Shown here piece after piece: positions 14,164 to 27,023 of a DNA stretch of 64,000 nucleotides. The stretch's first letter is position 1. Each line of letters begins with the position of its first letter. The notes under the pieces are model-generated. The model ran no database searches, was not told the DNA's origin, and was given only the letters and a program-made list of their open reading frames with translations. The position numbers and the translations under genes are program-made. This DNA comes from Octopus vulgaris (taxonomy: Eukaryota), in assembly GCA_951406725.2 (NCBI GenBank), contig OX597822.1, forward strand, positions 33,232,001 to 33,296,000. Direction: 5' to 3'.

Positions 14164-14284
14164 AGGTTGTGGCATATACATTTACCCATTATTCATTTTA
14201 TTATATAGATACTTAGATACTTTGGTAAGTTTCGGCCAGTATTGGCCCAGGCCTTGTCTAACTTAACAGCACTCTCTTTTACAC

Positions 14285-14674
14285 TTTTTTTACTTGTTTC
14301 AGTCATTTGATTGCGGCTATGCTGGAGCACCGTCTTTATTCGAGCAAATCGACCCCAGGAATTATTCTTTGTAAGCCTAGTACTTATTCACTCGTACTCT
14401 TTTGCCGAACCGCTAAGTTACGGGGACGTAAACACACCACCATCGGTTGCCAAGCGATATTGTGGGGACAAACACAGACACACATACATACATATATATA
14501 TATATATTTACGACAGGCTTCTTTCAGTTTCTGTCTACCAAATCCTCTCACAAGGCTTTGGTCGGCTCGCGGCTATAGTAGAAGACACTTACCCAAGGTG
14601 CCACGCAGTGGGAATGAACCCTGAACCATGTGGTTGGTAAGCAAGCCACTTACCACACAGCCACTCCTGCGCCT
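14285..14674 (-). mobile_element. SINE family A, full length
   Basis: Head AGGCGCAGGAGTGGCTGTGTGG, CORE-like CCTTGGGTAAGTG, internal microsatellite, tail CAGTCAAATGACTGAAACAAGTAAAA type; many paralogs in the window. Confidence 0.92.
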
Positions 14675-15087
14675 ATACCTGGAAAATTATAAAATAAATG
14701 TATGAGATTTGCTTAATGAAAGTTTACAGGCTGATTGTTAAATTTACCTACAATATTTTAGATATACACACAATTTAAAATGGCCACCATTTGCTTTCCA
14801 CCGTAATCCTTAATTCGTTATAACAAACATGTTCACTTCACAATTCATTATTTCACCTATTTTCAAAGCTACAATTTTGCAGGCTTTGTTTAAAAAGTCA
14901 TGAATTTAAATTTACAAAGGAAAAAATACCAAAAGAATGTTAGAAAACAAACAAATGTATTAGTATGACGCTCGGGAAGTGAAAAAGTCTTTAACGTTTC
15001 GAGCCTACGCTCTTCCACAGAAAGGAACGCAGAAAGAAACAAAGAGAGAAAATAAAGAATATGTCGTGGCTAGCGATCTATCATGGC

Positions 15088-15121
<34 letters not shown>

Positions 15122-15179
15122 TGTATGTATGTATGTATGCATATATTTGCGTGTATGTGTGTGTGTGTGTGCATATGTT

Positions 15180-15372
15180 TTTCCCCGCCATCGCTTGACA
15201 ACCGATGCTGGTGTGTTTGTGTCCCCGTAACTCAGTGGCTTGGTAAAAGAGACAGATAGAATAAGTACTAGGCTTACAAAGAATAAGTCCTGGGGTCGAT
15301 TTCTTCGACTAACACCCTTTAAGGCGATGCTCTAGTATGACCACAGTCAAATGACTGAAACAAGTAAAAGAA
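15180..15372 (+). mobile_element. SINE family A, 3' half
   Basis: GCTTGACAACCGATGCTGGTGTG...CAGTCAAATGACTGAAACAAGTAAAAG. Confidence 0.85.
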
Positions 15373-15418
15373 TCTATATATGGTTATACATATGTACACA
15401 TATATACTCATAATTATG

Positions 15419-15475
<57 letters not shown>

Positions 15476-16439
15476 TTAAATATCAAGAAATATACTTATA
15501 TATAAACATATATATACGTGTGTGTGTGTGTGTGTGTGTGTGTGCGTATGTGTATCTTTCTGAGTGTTAGAGCAATTGTGTGTCTGTATTCTCATCGTCA
15601 CCTTCTCCTTTTTCTCCAGTGTCAACAGTGTAAGGAAGCTGGTTTAACTGTTCTTTCACTTCCTGTCTCTCATTGAAATCTTTTTTCACTTCCTGTTTAT
15701 CTCTTTCATTTCTCACTGGAGGTTTGTCAGTCTTTTTACGTGTATGTGTGTGAGAGTGTGTGTGTACGTGTGTGTGTGTGCGTATGTGTGTGCGTGTGTG
15801 TATGTGAAAGAGAGAGCGGGAGAGTGAATGTGTGCGTGTCTGTGTGTGTGTTTATGTGTATGTGCGTATGTGTGTGTGTGTGTATCATTCCGTCTTATCA
15901 ATTTTTATTTCTCTTTCTCGTTTCCTCAGTATCTCGCCACTTTTCTATAATAATACACTTTTAGTATCCTCCAGCTTTTCTTTGCGACAAACTTTGCTTT
16001 TTTCTTATCTCTCTCACTCTTCCTTTGTCCCTTGTCGAATCGATCCTTTGCATCGCAATTCATCTTTTTCCTTCTGTCTTTTTCTGACACTCCTAATACT
16101 GTCAATACAGCTTTTGGCATAAACTTTAAATAATGTGGAGCTGCTGATATTTTCACTGCTACACCTATCAGCTCTAGATTGACACATCAACTGATTTTTA
16201 CTGATTTAAGCGTGAAGTCGAATTTTGAGGAAGCGTGTTCAACTTACGACACAAAATGTATTTTCTCTTTTATGCGTAATTTGATTCGAATTATATTTCC
16301 ATCCGTAAAGCAAAGGAAAACATTGCTTCCTCGTTGCAAACATCATGATTCGATTAGCAAATAAAATTCTCTCCGGTTAATTTGATTTGGTCATATTTAC
16401 AGAACTCCTTTACTCTTACAGTAAGAAAGAGCTCCTTCA

Positions 16440-17330
16440 GTATGGTTGAAACCCAGAAGATTGATAATCACGGTCCTCATAGTACCCTCAACATGAATTC
16501 CCTATCAAGAGACAATAAATGAACCAAAATGTTTCCAAGACCTTTTGTAAATGCTACCTCAACTGGCGAGGATGGGACATCTTTTACATTAAAGAATCAA
16601 CGAAGAATAAAGGTCTCTAAACATTGGCTTGATGATGTGAAATTGAGTACAGAGGAACAGCTTCATACTACCCCCATCTAAAAATGTAATTTAATGCACG
16701 TATCGATTTGAAGTACTGCAGTTGAACGGATTTCATCAAATATGTTAGCAAATATGCCATGATCCGATCTAGCACTCTAATGTCTGTGATGACGCAACGA
16801 ATAGCCGCGATGAAGTTAACCACCTCCAATAACGATAATCATACAAATATACAATAGATTTGCAGCTAAGAGGAAGTAGTTCATTTTCTTGCAGAATACT
16901 ATAAATTCAACAGAACATTCATTTCTACTGCCGCAAAGAATTTAGTTTAAAAATGGTCCTCAAAGATTAATTATCAAGAAATTTATGCCATATCATAAGC
17001 ATAAAAATATCTCACTGGATTCATTAGAGCAGAGATAGCAATTACGCCCGAAATTTTACTCATACAAACGATTTAAAAGACTTTACTTTTCCAGACAATC
17101 AAAGCTTCTCTATCTCAGGTAGTAAATCGGAATACCAAAGTTTGACAATTGCCGGAATGCCTTTTCAAGAATACTGCTTTGTTAATTAACAATTTATGAA
17201 GGATGCTCAAAGAGGTGGAAGTCTCTGGTCTTTTTATTCATGTTACTACTTGTGAAACCTAAAACACTATATGTGCTGATATTATGCCATAAAGGGACTG
17301 ATGACGATTTTCAGAATTTCCAACGTTATA
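16440..17330 (+). pseudogene. Degenerate Helitron Rep-helicase fragment
   Basis: Manual translation across frameshifts gives HGPHSTLNMNS (from 16469), TKMFPRPFVNATSTGEDG, FNARIDLKYCS, FIKYVSKY, SDLA and RDEV. The order matches the Helitron Rep C-terminal motifs HGPCG..N..SPC / FNAHINVE.C / IKYV.KY. Confidence 0.75.
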
Positions 17331-17336
17331 ATCTAT

Positions 17337-18680
17337 CTTTTACTTGGTTCGGTTATTAGACTGCGGCCATGAAAAAGAATCTGGTACTTATTCTATCGAT
17401 CTCTTTGCCAAACCGCCAATTTATGGAGACGTAAACACTCCAGCACAGGTTGTCAAGCGGCGGGGGAAGGGAAAAAATACAGACACAAAGACACACGTAT
17501 AGACATGTATATCTATTCTATAAAATCCGTTCTGTCTGTCTGTGTGTGTGTGTGTCTTCTAGGATCTCGGGCATCCTCCATCAGGTGGCGCTCAAAATTG
17601 ATATGAAGATATCGACGGTATCAGGACGTGTATAAGTCTTGAAAAAATTACAAAAATCGATTCCAGTTGAGAGTGCGATCGATAAAACCGTGGGTACGTG
17701 CATTTGTACGCGCAAGTACATCAGCTGTTGTGATCGATACTACGCATACGCGAAAAAATGTACGTGCAGTTTGCACAAAAAAAGCCGAATAGCTTGAAAT
17801 AATGCCACAAAATGCAGTATATTTAAGAGACCAAAAAAGTAAGATGCAAAAGAGATATTTTCTTCAAACTTAGCATGAAGGAAGGAAAGACTATTTGGTT
17901 TCTCAAGAAGTTTTTTGCCTTAACTTCGTTTAACAAAACCAAAAATTTTATTGAAATAAAGGCATGCTTAATTATTTTTTAATGAAAAGAATACACTGAT
18001 TGCTTTTTATTCAATGAAGAAAATACTATTTTCTTGCTAATAAATGATTTTTGTTGCCTTACAGCTTTAAACCAAAAAAAGTGTGTTTTTTAATGAAAGA
18101 AAACCCAAAGCTTTATTTCAAGGTGAATGAATTTTAGAAACAAAAGACTATTTGCTTGCTTCTTAATCGTGCAATATTTGCATTTTCTAAACGTATACAA
18201 TTAACCTACAATTGACCACGTTTTTTTTATGAAAATGCGATACTTTTCCATTTTTAATTATAATTGTACTATTGTTTCAAAGGTATTGGTGTCTTTTCGG
18301 CGAGAAGACTTCAGTTGCATATTTGTGTGAATAAAATCGTTTTTCTTTGGAATAGAAAAAAGTTTATCTTTATTTCTTCTTTTGCTAGTGTCTCAAATTT
18401 AGATTAAATTAGTGTTTCTCAAAGAGGAGGCCTATGGGACGGTCGGACAAATTGTTTTGAGAAAATTTGGTTTAAATGTTTGACAGCTCAGCACGGTCCA
18501 TTGGACGGGGGGCCTTTTGCTCGTATACGATGGGCCTCTTGCAGTTTCCGTCTACCAAATCCGCTCACAAGGCTTCGGTCAGCCCAAGTCTACAGTAGAA
18601 GACACTTGCCCAAGGTGCCTCGCAGAGGGACTGATCCCAGAACGACGTAACTGGGAAGAATGCTCCTTACCACACAGTCA
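17337..18680 (-). mobile_element. SINE family A split by a Helitron insertion
   Basis: 3' half at about 17337-17511 and 5' half at about 18524-18680 rejoin across the central (TA)n when 17512-18523 is removed. Confidence 0.8.
17512..18523 (+). mobile_element. Non-autonomous Helitron-like element
   Basis: Inserted between A and T; starts TCTATTCTATAAAATCCG plus (TCTG)/(TG)n; subterminal hairpin GTCCATTGGAC; ends CTCG (CTRR variant); no TSD; paralog at 24958. Confidence 0.75.
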
Positions 18681-18930
18681 TATTTGTATATAAATTTAAT
18701 ATCATAAAAGTTGGAACTCAATGCAAAGTTTTATATAATTTCTACATCACTTATGTATTGCACGTCCATCGCATGGCTGCAAGGGTTTCCTCTTAGCAGC
18801 CCATATTCCACACATTATGAAGATGATCTTATTTACAGTAGTGGCTTAGTCCCCGATATAATAGTTTTTACACAAATTATCAAGTTATTTTGAGAATTAA
18901 AGGATTTCACAAAATTAAATTAAAATTATT

Positions 18931-19170
18931 AACATTATTTATATTCGACGGATATTTGTCCACATCTTGTTTGTTAATAACACAACGTATCGGCTGATAT
19001 ACCCTCCAGCCTTCTCCAGGTGTCTCGGGAAAATTTCGAACCTGAAGACACCTGAAGAAGGCTGGAGGGCATATCAGCCGAAACGTTGTGTTAACAACAA
19101 ACAAGATGAGGACAAATATCCGTCGAATGTAAATAATGTACATAATTCCTCATCTCTTAAATATAGAACT
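18931..19170 (+). mobile_element. Penelope-like terminal palindrome
   Basis: Inverted arms at about 18931-19024 and 19047-19139; contains a hammerhead motif. Confidence 0.7.
19047..19092 (+). ncRNA. Minimal type I hammerhead ribozyme motif (dimer-type)
   Basis: GACAC-CTGAAGA-A-GGCTG[loop]CAGCC-GAAAC-GTT-GTGTT; stem I GACAC/GTGTT; palindromic AACGTT at stem III; one extra A after the core. Confidence 0.65.
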
Positions 19171-19379
19171 GAAATAAAAATGTTCAATTGAAAAAAAAAA
19201 CTATTCTCACATTTACTTAATTCTTTGTTACATTAATTATGCTCTGAAGGAAGCGAGCCAACAGGATCTTAAGCGCATCCTACGAAATATTTAGCAGTAT
19301 TTCTTCTGATTGTAGGGACTTGTAGGAACAAGGTATTTCGTTATGCAACGATACTTTACTACAAAGAATATTAAACTCT

Positions 19380-19806
19380 ATATTAGTAGTTATCGCCCAG
19401 CTAAGATGGCAGTCCAGATAAATAGGACGAATGCTGCCGTTGATTAGCTCCAAAAGGCCATCGCCTCAAGCTAGCTATGTGACACAAAAACCTGTGTCCA
19501 TTACAACCTTCGAACAGGGGAGATCAGCAGTTTCTCCTTGCTGGTCTGGCAGCCACAGACTAGTTTCGAGGTGTTTGCCTCTTATCAATGTGGATTAGCC
19601 GAACCCAGCAGGCATCGCTGCTGACTGACTGTTCGAAGGATTATTTACCTAAATTCAGTGGAATATATCCATTGGTTTTCAAAAACAGAACTATCATTAT
19701 TTCTAATTCTCTCTAAAGGAGACTGTCATGTTAGCTGGGTGATAACTATTGATATCCAGTACCGCTGCCGTAGTCTCCTTTAGAGAGAATTAGAAATAAT
19801 ATTTCT
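19380..19806 (-). mobile_element. Short non-coding hammerhead-bearing retroelement (retrozyme or PLE-derived)
   Basis: Flanked by the 13-bp direct repeat AATATTAAACTCT (19367-19379 and 19807-19819); internal hairpins; hammerhead at 19553-19593. Confidence 0.6.
19553..19593 (-). ncRNA. Minimal type I hammerhead ribozyme, U3:A8 variant
   Basis: Minus strand CCACA-TTGATAA-GAGG-CAAACA-CCTC-GAAAC-TA-GTC-TGTGG; perfect stems I and II and a GUC cleavage triplet. Confidence 0.75.
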
Positions 19807-20204
19807 AATATTAAACTCTTTATAAGTCAACACTGCGTTCTATTGTGTTAGGAGTGCTATTAAACCACTTTTAAGGCTTTCTCTACAGATTTTCTGATTC
19901 ATTACTTTTTTCATACTTCAAATCCACTTAAGTCAACCTTGCCTTTTCTCCACCGAAATCGATAAAATAAATACCAGTTGAGTACTGGGGATGGGGGGAC
20001 GATATAATAAAAATGGAAGGTTATGTGCCAAACTTAGAACGAATTATTTAATTTCTGGACTTAATATAATTCGTTTATACAAATTACAAGATATACTGAA
20101 TGTGTATCTTTACCAAAGTGCCTTAAACACCGAACTGTTATAAGCATAGAAAGAATTATTTTCCTTACGTGAAAGATAGCTTTACAAGAGAAATCCAATA
20201 GTAT

Positions 20205-20608
20205 CATATTCTTTCCTACTCTAAGCACAAGGCCCGAAATTTTTGGGGAGCGGGGCCAGTCGAGAAGATCATCCTCAGTACGCAACTGGTACTTAATTTA
20301 TCGACTCCGAAAGGATGAAAGTCAAAATCGACCTCGGTGGAATTTGAACTCGGAACGCAAAGACAGATGAAATACCTATGTCTTTACTACCCACAAGAGG
20401 CTAAACACAGAGGGGACAAACAAGGACAGACAAACGGATTAAGTCGATTATATCGACCCCAGTGCGTAACTATTACTTAAATTATCGACCCCGAAAGGAT
20501 GAAAGGCAAAGTCGACCTCGGCGGAATTTGAACTCAGAACGTAACGACAGACGAAATACAGCTATGCATGTCGCCCGGCGTGCTAACGTTCTGCCAGCTC
20601 GCCGCCTT
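20205..20608 (-). mobile_element. SINE family B, long form with internally duplicated body
   Basis: Head GGCGGCGAGCTGGCAGAACG; the module GAGTTCAAATTCCRCCGAGGTCGA occurs twice. Confidence 0.85.
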
Positions 20609-20657
20609 CCAACAGTCTCATATTAAAATGAATATACCTTCGTTAAGTCCAAATCTA

Positions 20658-20885
20658 TGTGGAAACGCGTGGTTTAGTGGTTAGAGTGTCAGCATCACGA
20701 TTGTAAGATTGTGGTTTCGATTCCTGGACCGGGCGATGCATTGTGTTCTTGAGCAAAATACTTCATTTCACGTTGCTCCAGTCCACACAGCAGGCAAAAA
20801 TGAGTAACGCTGCGGGAACACATAAAGCCATAGAAACCGGGAAACCGGTTCCATGAGCCTGGCTAGGCTTTAAAAGGGTGCATTT
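20658..20885 (+). mobile_element. tRNA-derived SINE (family D head, tail type 1)
   Basis: A box TGGTTTAGTGG and B box GTTTCGATTCC; tail GAAACCGGGAAACCGG shared with 2555-2841. Confidence 0.8.
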
Positions 20886-21864
20886 AACTTATTTTATTTA
20901 TTTAAGTCCAAATCTGATCTATTTATAATTCCCTTTCAACTTGAATAACGCCGGGTATTCTTACTAAGTGCACCGTATTTAAGTGGTCATTACAGAACAA
21001 GTGTAGGAAGTTATAGAGAACGAAAAAATGGTAAATCAGTCTTTTCTAAAACTCCCTCAGAACTTATGTAAGATCTTATAAATCTCAGAAATATTGATCT
21101 TTCTATATCAAAAAGAAAATATACAAAGACGTTAAAGAATAAAAACCGAAACCAATTTCCTAAATGGCTTTGCTTCCATGTAAGTTCAGTGTATTCTGTC
21201 TGTTATCTTTCACTCTCATTCTCTCTGCCAAATATCTCTCTCTCTCCTTCTCTCTTTCTTTCTTTGTCTTTCCCACCCTTTACTTCTGTAAATGATTTGA
21301 TGATAGAAGGAGGCTAAATAGCATTGGGAATATCAAGGAGACTCTATTCGTAGACCGTTTCAAAGACAGGATATGTTTATGACGTCATATATGTTTTATG
21401 ACAATGATACCGTTACTCATGCTATAAATATGTTCAGCTAATCTTTATAATTTGTTGGAGAGGTTTTTGCATTTAGCGACCGTGTTTCCAGTCAGTTGAA
21501 AAATAAAAACGAACAGACTTCCAATATTACATATACATGTATATATAGATATAGGAGAAAACAACTAGTTTTAAATCTCTTATTGAGATTTATGTAGTAA
21601 CAGATCTGAATACTAAAGTTTATTTGCCAACATAACGTGGAAGTCCTGAATAGGAATATGTTATTACTTTCTAACCCCAGGAAAACATCTTTTCCAGCTG
21701 GTTTATCGACACATGATCCGTGTCCTAGACAAAGTGTAAGCAAGGGAGATCACTGCTCCCTTCTAGCCGTTGGTTTCTGGCCGCCGGTTCCCTTCTTCGG
21801 TACTGGTCAAGCTCCAGGCTAGAGACAGCAGCCAGCCGATCTTATTGCATATACTTTTCGAAGC

Positions 21865-22265
21865 AATAGACAAGAAATAGACAACAAAACATCAAGATAG
21901 ACGATACAAAGAAAACAAAGACGGGTTATTCGGAGTTTTCTTTCCTCAGTAGTGTTCCAATTTATCTTTCCAATTTCGGCTGGTTATACTCGAGATTGTT
22001 CCAATCTGGCTAGCCCCAAGGAAAAACTAAGCGAAGAGCATTATATTCTTGGAAGAAAGCAGCGAATGTATACGAAAGAAAGGACGGAAAAAAACGGAGA
22101 AGGTTACACAAATACAAACAACAGGACATAACAACAGGTATCTTTCGACTAAGGACGAATTAAATTGAGCTGGCGTGTGGAAAAGTAAAGCCTTACGGCA
22201 GGGATACCAGATTTCATAGGCACAGGGAAGATGTTGCATGGACAGAAAGGTCAGGCTTGGGCGAT
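21865..22265. repeat. Dispersed repeat (probably a PLE terminus), inverted paralog at about 55420-55695
   Basis: Shared GGCTGGTTATACTCGAGATTG..CCAATCTGGC..CCCAAGG. Confidence 0.65.
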
Positions 22266-22347
22266 ATATATGCATATATACAACACACACAAACATATAT
22301 ATATATATATACATATATATACATGTATCTTTACATATATACATATA

Positions 22348-22914
22348 CACTTGCGTCGGAAATTAATTAGCACTTCTCAAATTTCTACATTTTCTTACAT
22401 TTTGTTAATTTAATTAACTTATTATCAGAAACGAACTCGTTTTTAATCAAAAATTTATTAAAACATATCCCAGCACACCACATAATTGTTATTAATCGTG
22501 AAATTTAGTCAATATCTTGTTGCTCCTCCTTTGGCAGCAATGACAGCTGCTACGCGGGTCGGCATGCTGTCTATGAGTGCCTGCAGGTACTGTGCAGGGA
22601 TGGCCCCTCATGCAGCAAGAAGTGCCCCAAACAGCTCGTGTCGGTTCCTGTATTGCTGCACATTCAAATCCCTACCCAATCGACTCCAGAGGTTCTCAAT
22701 AGGGTTCAGGTCAGGTGACTGGCCAGCACGTACTCCTCGCCACCAAAGAGGTATCCCGTACTATCTCAACGTACTTTGCTGCGATGATGCCTTCTTCGAC
22801 GGCATAGAGCCGCCCAACACCATTGTAGCTGAACGCCCCTCACACCATCAGACCACCCCCACCATGCTTCATGGTGAGCAAATCAAGGGTGCTAATTAAT
22901 TTCTGACGGTAGTG
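22348..22914 (-). mobile_element. Deleted Tc1-like (DD34E) transposon
   Basis: TA-flanked TIRs CACTTGCGTCGGAAATTAATTAGCAC / GTGCTAATTAATTTCTGACGGTAGTG; minus-strand peptides [24 protein letters not shown] and SMPTRVAAVIAAKGGATRY*. Confidence 0.9.
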
Positions 22915-22935
22915 TATATATATATACATATATAC

Positions 22936-22972
<37 letters not shown>

Positions 22973-23471
22973 TATATACATACATATATATATATACATA
23001 TGTATATACGTATAAATACATATACATACATAAATATATATATATATACATATATACATATATACGAATATATGTATATATATATATATGTATATACATA
23101 CATACATACAATACATTCATTTATAAGGAAACCGAACGAAAACAGACACAACTGTTTTCATTCGGTTTCCTTGTATGTCCCCACTGTTATGTTTTTGCTC
23201 CCAACTTTTAACCTCCATAAATCCTAAATTTTATTTTATTATTTGCGGGAGCTACAGTCTTTGAATGCTCGAAATGAGGGGTAGATAGACAACCGGAAAC
23301 TGATGAAGGGGCCTTTTTCTGTGTTAACTTGTCTTGTAATCCCTTTTTTACCTCGTTGTTTACGAACTTCACTCGTTTTTTTTTTTCCTGTAATTACTCT
23401 CCACGTCTTGTATCTATATTTCATGTGCATGTTACTTGCATTGTTGGTGATGTTTTGTACTCATATATGCA

Positions 23472-23515
<44 letters not shown>

Positions 23516-24085
23516 TGCCTGCTTCCTTAGCCAGCGGGGTGGCGTCATTTGATGGCTAAAAAAACACAATGCGAAGCGCATTGTCACCAGCGATGTGTAG
23601 CAACATCTGATAGCCTGGTCGGTCACGGTGATGACAGTGATATATATATAAGCATATATATATATACAATTTCAGCGTAGAAGGTGTTTGTAAGCCATTT
23701 AAGAAACACACAAAAGCCGTTCGATTCACTTCAACATTTAAGTTTAATTTGTCAAAATATTTTCGTCGCTAAAATCCGCGACCTGTTCACTGACATAAAT
23801 CCGTGCTGCATCTGAGAAAGTAACAGTTAGTTCGTCATATATATGTACGTATGTATGTGTGTATGTATGCATACACGCATGTATGCATGTATGTATGTAT
23901 CTATGTATGTATGTACGTACATACGCCTGTGTATGCATGTATGTATGTATATATGTATGTGTGTGTATATGCACGCACATACACTCTATAAACATAAAGC
24001 TATAAACCTGTAGTGATGGATAGATATAGAGTGACCACTCATCATAATAATATCAAATTTCAACCTCCCCCGCCGAAACTAGGAA

Positions 24086-24127
<42 letters not shown>

Positions 24128-24957
24128 CATAGTGTGTGTGTGTATGTGTGCCATTGATAACGTCTATATATATTTACACACACATGAAACAGAAACAAAA
24201 GGAAGAGTATTATATAAGCTCAGGAGAAGACAAACAAATATGAATATATCCCGTGAGCACGTATCTGTGCGTATATTTGTGTGTGCATAAACGTATGATT
24301 TTCGTCTGTTAGTAGTTAGATATATGTATTTCACTACGTGTTTCATACTGTGCAGTAGTGACACATAGTGTGCTAAATATTTTACGAAAGTAAATTGAAA
24401 TGCATATATCGTTTTATTAAACGTCTCTTGTGCGTGTATATATGGTTAATTTTCGTCTGCTTAGTGGTTAGATATATATATATATGCATTACACAACGTG
24501 TCTCAAACTGTGCAGCATTGATACGCTGTATGCCAAATATTTTATGTCAGTAAACTAAAACGCATATATCGTTTTAATAAATAGATTCTGCATTCTTAAG
24601 TGATATATCTAAATGGCAGTGTATCATGTTTAGAGATTCACAGCTAGAAAATCGATTTGGTTCCTCCATACCATCAAAGTATTACGTATAGTTTCTTCAC
24701 TAGCGTTACTAGACTGTCACTGGTCAGAAATGTTTTTGCTTTTTATAAATACGTGCCATGTATAGATAGCTTTAGTTGCTTGATGTACGCAATGATGTCT
24801 CAGTAAGATTGAATGTTTTCGTACATTACTGCGTCAGGTTTGGAGCAGACTACTGTCTGTAAACTAAGCAACATTTTTCAGGCTTGACTCTTCCACAGCA
24901 TATGTTATCTCATGTTGCTAATGATGTTCTTAGGAAGAATTGAAGAAAGATGAAATA

Positions 24958-25291
24958 TCTATTATATAAAATCCGTTCTGTTTGTCTGTCTGTGTGTGTG
25001 TCTTCTAGGATCTCGGGCATCCTCCATCCGATTGCGCTCAAATTTGATACGTAGATACCGACGGTATCAGAGCGTGTAGAAGTCTTGAAGAAATTACAGG
25101 TGAGAATGCGATCGATAAAACCGTGGGAACGTGCATTTGTAAAATCGTTTTCCTTGGAATAGAAAAAATTCTATCTTTATTTCTTCTTTTGCTGGTGTCT
25201 CAAATGTAGGTTAAATCAGTGTTCATCAAAGGGGAGGCCTATGGGACAGTCGGACAAGTTGTTTTGAGAAAATTTGGGGGCGTTTTGCTCG
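24958..25291 (+). mobile_element. Internally deleted copy of the Helitron-like element at 17512
   Basis: Same 5' TC end and TTTTGCTCG|T end; roughly 630 bp of internal sequence is absent. Confidence 0.75.
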
Positions 25292-25929
25292 TCATTTTAT
25301 ATAGTTTATTTATATACATTCATACGTATATTATTTTTCTAGCTAATTCTTAGGCTTAACCAATGAAACATGACAACCATAATAGGTGTTGGACTTTTAA
25401 AGAGTATTTCTCATGGTACCCATTACTCTGGATTTGAGTGACATGGATTCATTTAGACAACCACAAACACTACAGATTTCCCCAAAATCCAGGGTTTTTA
25501 TATCTGCTCAACTTGACTTTAAAGAATTGAAATTGCATAAAAATATTCTTTTACTAATTTTCAGAATTCATATATGAGCAGTTATTTAAACCAATGGGAA
25601 GATGACAATCATATTTCCTCGGCAATACGACATTACGTCATATTGCCGGCTGTTTTGAATTGGCGCCACGCTAGATAAATCGGCTGCACGCTACAGTAGT
25701 ATTCATAACACAGACAAGGCATCAAGCTGACAGATCGTTAGCAATATGCTTAGAGGCATTTTGTTTGTCTTTTCATTCTGAGATCAAGTTCCGCCGAGGT
25801 TGATCTCGCCTTCCATACCTTTGTGGTCGATGAAACAAGTACCAATCGGGCACTGGGATCGATGAAATCGACTAGCTTCCTCCCCACAAGAACTAAAAAA
25901 GAATCATAGATAAATAAATATTTCAGCCT

Positions 25930-26150
25930 GGTGCAGGGGTGGTTCATTGGCGTAGGCATGGTTCATAGGCGAAGGCGTGACTCATAAGCGCAGATATGGT
26001 TGATGGGCGCAGGCGTGGCTTATAGGTGCAGGTGTGATTCATAGGCGCAAGGGTGACTCGTAGGCACAGGCGTGGCTCATAAGTGCAGGCGTAGCTCATA
26101 GGCGCAGGCATGGCTCATAGGTGCCGGTGTAGCTCACAGGCACAGGTGTA
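25930..26150 (+). repeat. 20-bp minisatellite (GGCGCAGGCGTGGCTCATAG), about 11 degenerate copies
   Basis: Visible 20-bp periodicity. Confidence 0.85.
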
Positions 26151-26255
26151 CTTGGGTTTGTTGTCACTACTTCGAATGTTCCGGCATGAAAATACAGATA
26201 CACCAGAAACATAATAGACGGTAACAATAACGACAGAAATGTATCTATGTATGTA

Positions 26256-26348
<93 letters not shown>

Positions 26349-26687
26349 TTGTGTGTGTGTGTATGTATATATATATATGATATATATATATTGATATATA
26401 TATTATATATATATACATACATACATACATACATACATACATACACAAATTTATGTCAGTAAACTAAAACGCATATATCGTTTTAATAAATAGATTCTGC
26501 ATTCTTAAGTGATATATCTAAATGGTAGTGTATCATGTTTAGAGATTCACAGCTAGAAAATCGATTTGGTTCCTCCATACCATCAAAGTATTACGTATAG
26601 TTTCTTCACTAGCGTTACTAGACTGTCACTGGTCAGAAATGTTTTTGCTTTTTATAAATACGTGCCATGTATAGATAGCTTTAGTTG

Positions 26688-27023
26688 AACTATACAGAGG
26701 GTAATTTCAAGGCCAGGTTCAATAACCACACCTTGAGTTTTAGGCACTGAAACGAAAGAAAAGCGACAAAATTATCTAATCATATTTGGTCTTTAAAAGA
26801 TAACGGTGTCGATTATAACACACATTGGAAGATTTTGGCCAAATGTAAGCCTTATACCAATGACAGCGGAAGGTGCGGTCTATGCGACATGGAGAGATGG
26901 CTTATCTGGAAAAGCAGCTTAGACCCTACTACATGTCTAAACTCAAGGACAGAACTTTTCGGATCATGCCCATATGTGACTAAATTTTTGTTACGTTTTT
27001 GGTCCCCTAAAGTAAACAGATAG
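26688..27023 (+). pseudogene. Penelope-like element GIY-YIG endonuclease C-terminal fragment
   Basis: YTEGNFKARFNNHTLSFRH*...LSNHIWSLKD...WKIL...CGLCDMER..I...LNSRTELFGSC; followed by a TG-rich 3' region to about 27780. Confidence 0.8.

Noticed and set aside
26748-26750. In-frame TGA in the Penelope GIY-YIG region as selenocysteine (as reported for some Naiad elements)
   Set aside because: Not at an apparent Cys position and no SECIS was recognised; ordinary decay is more likely
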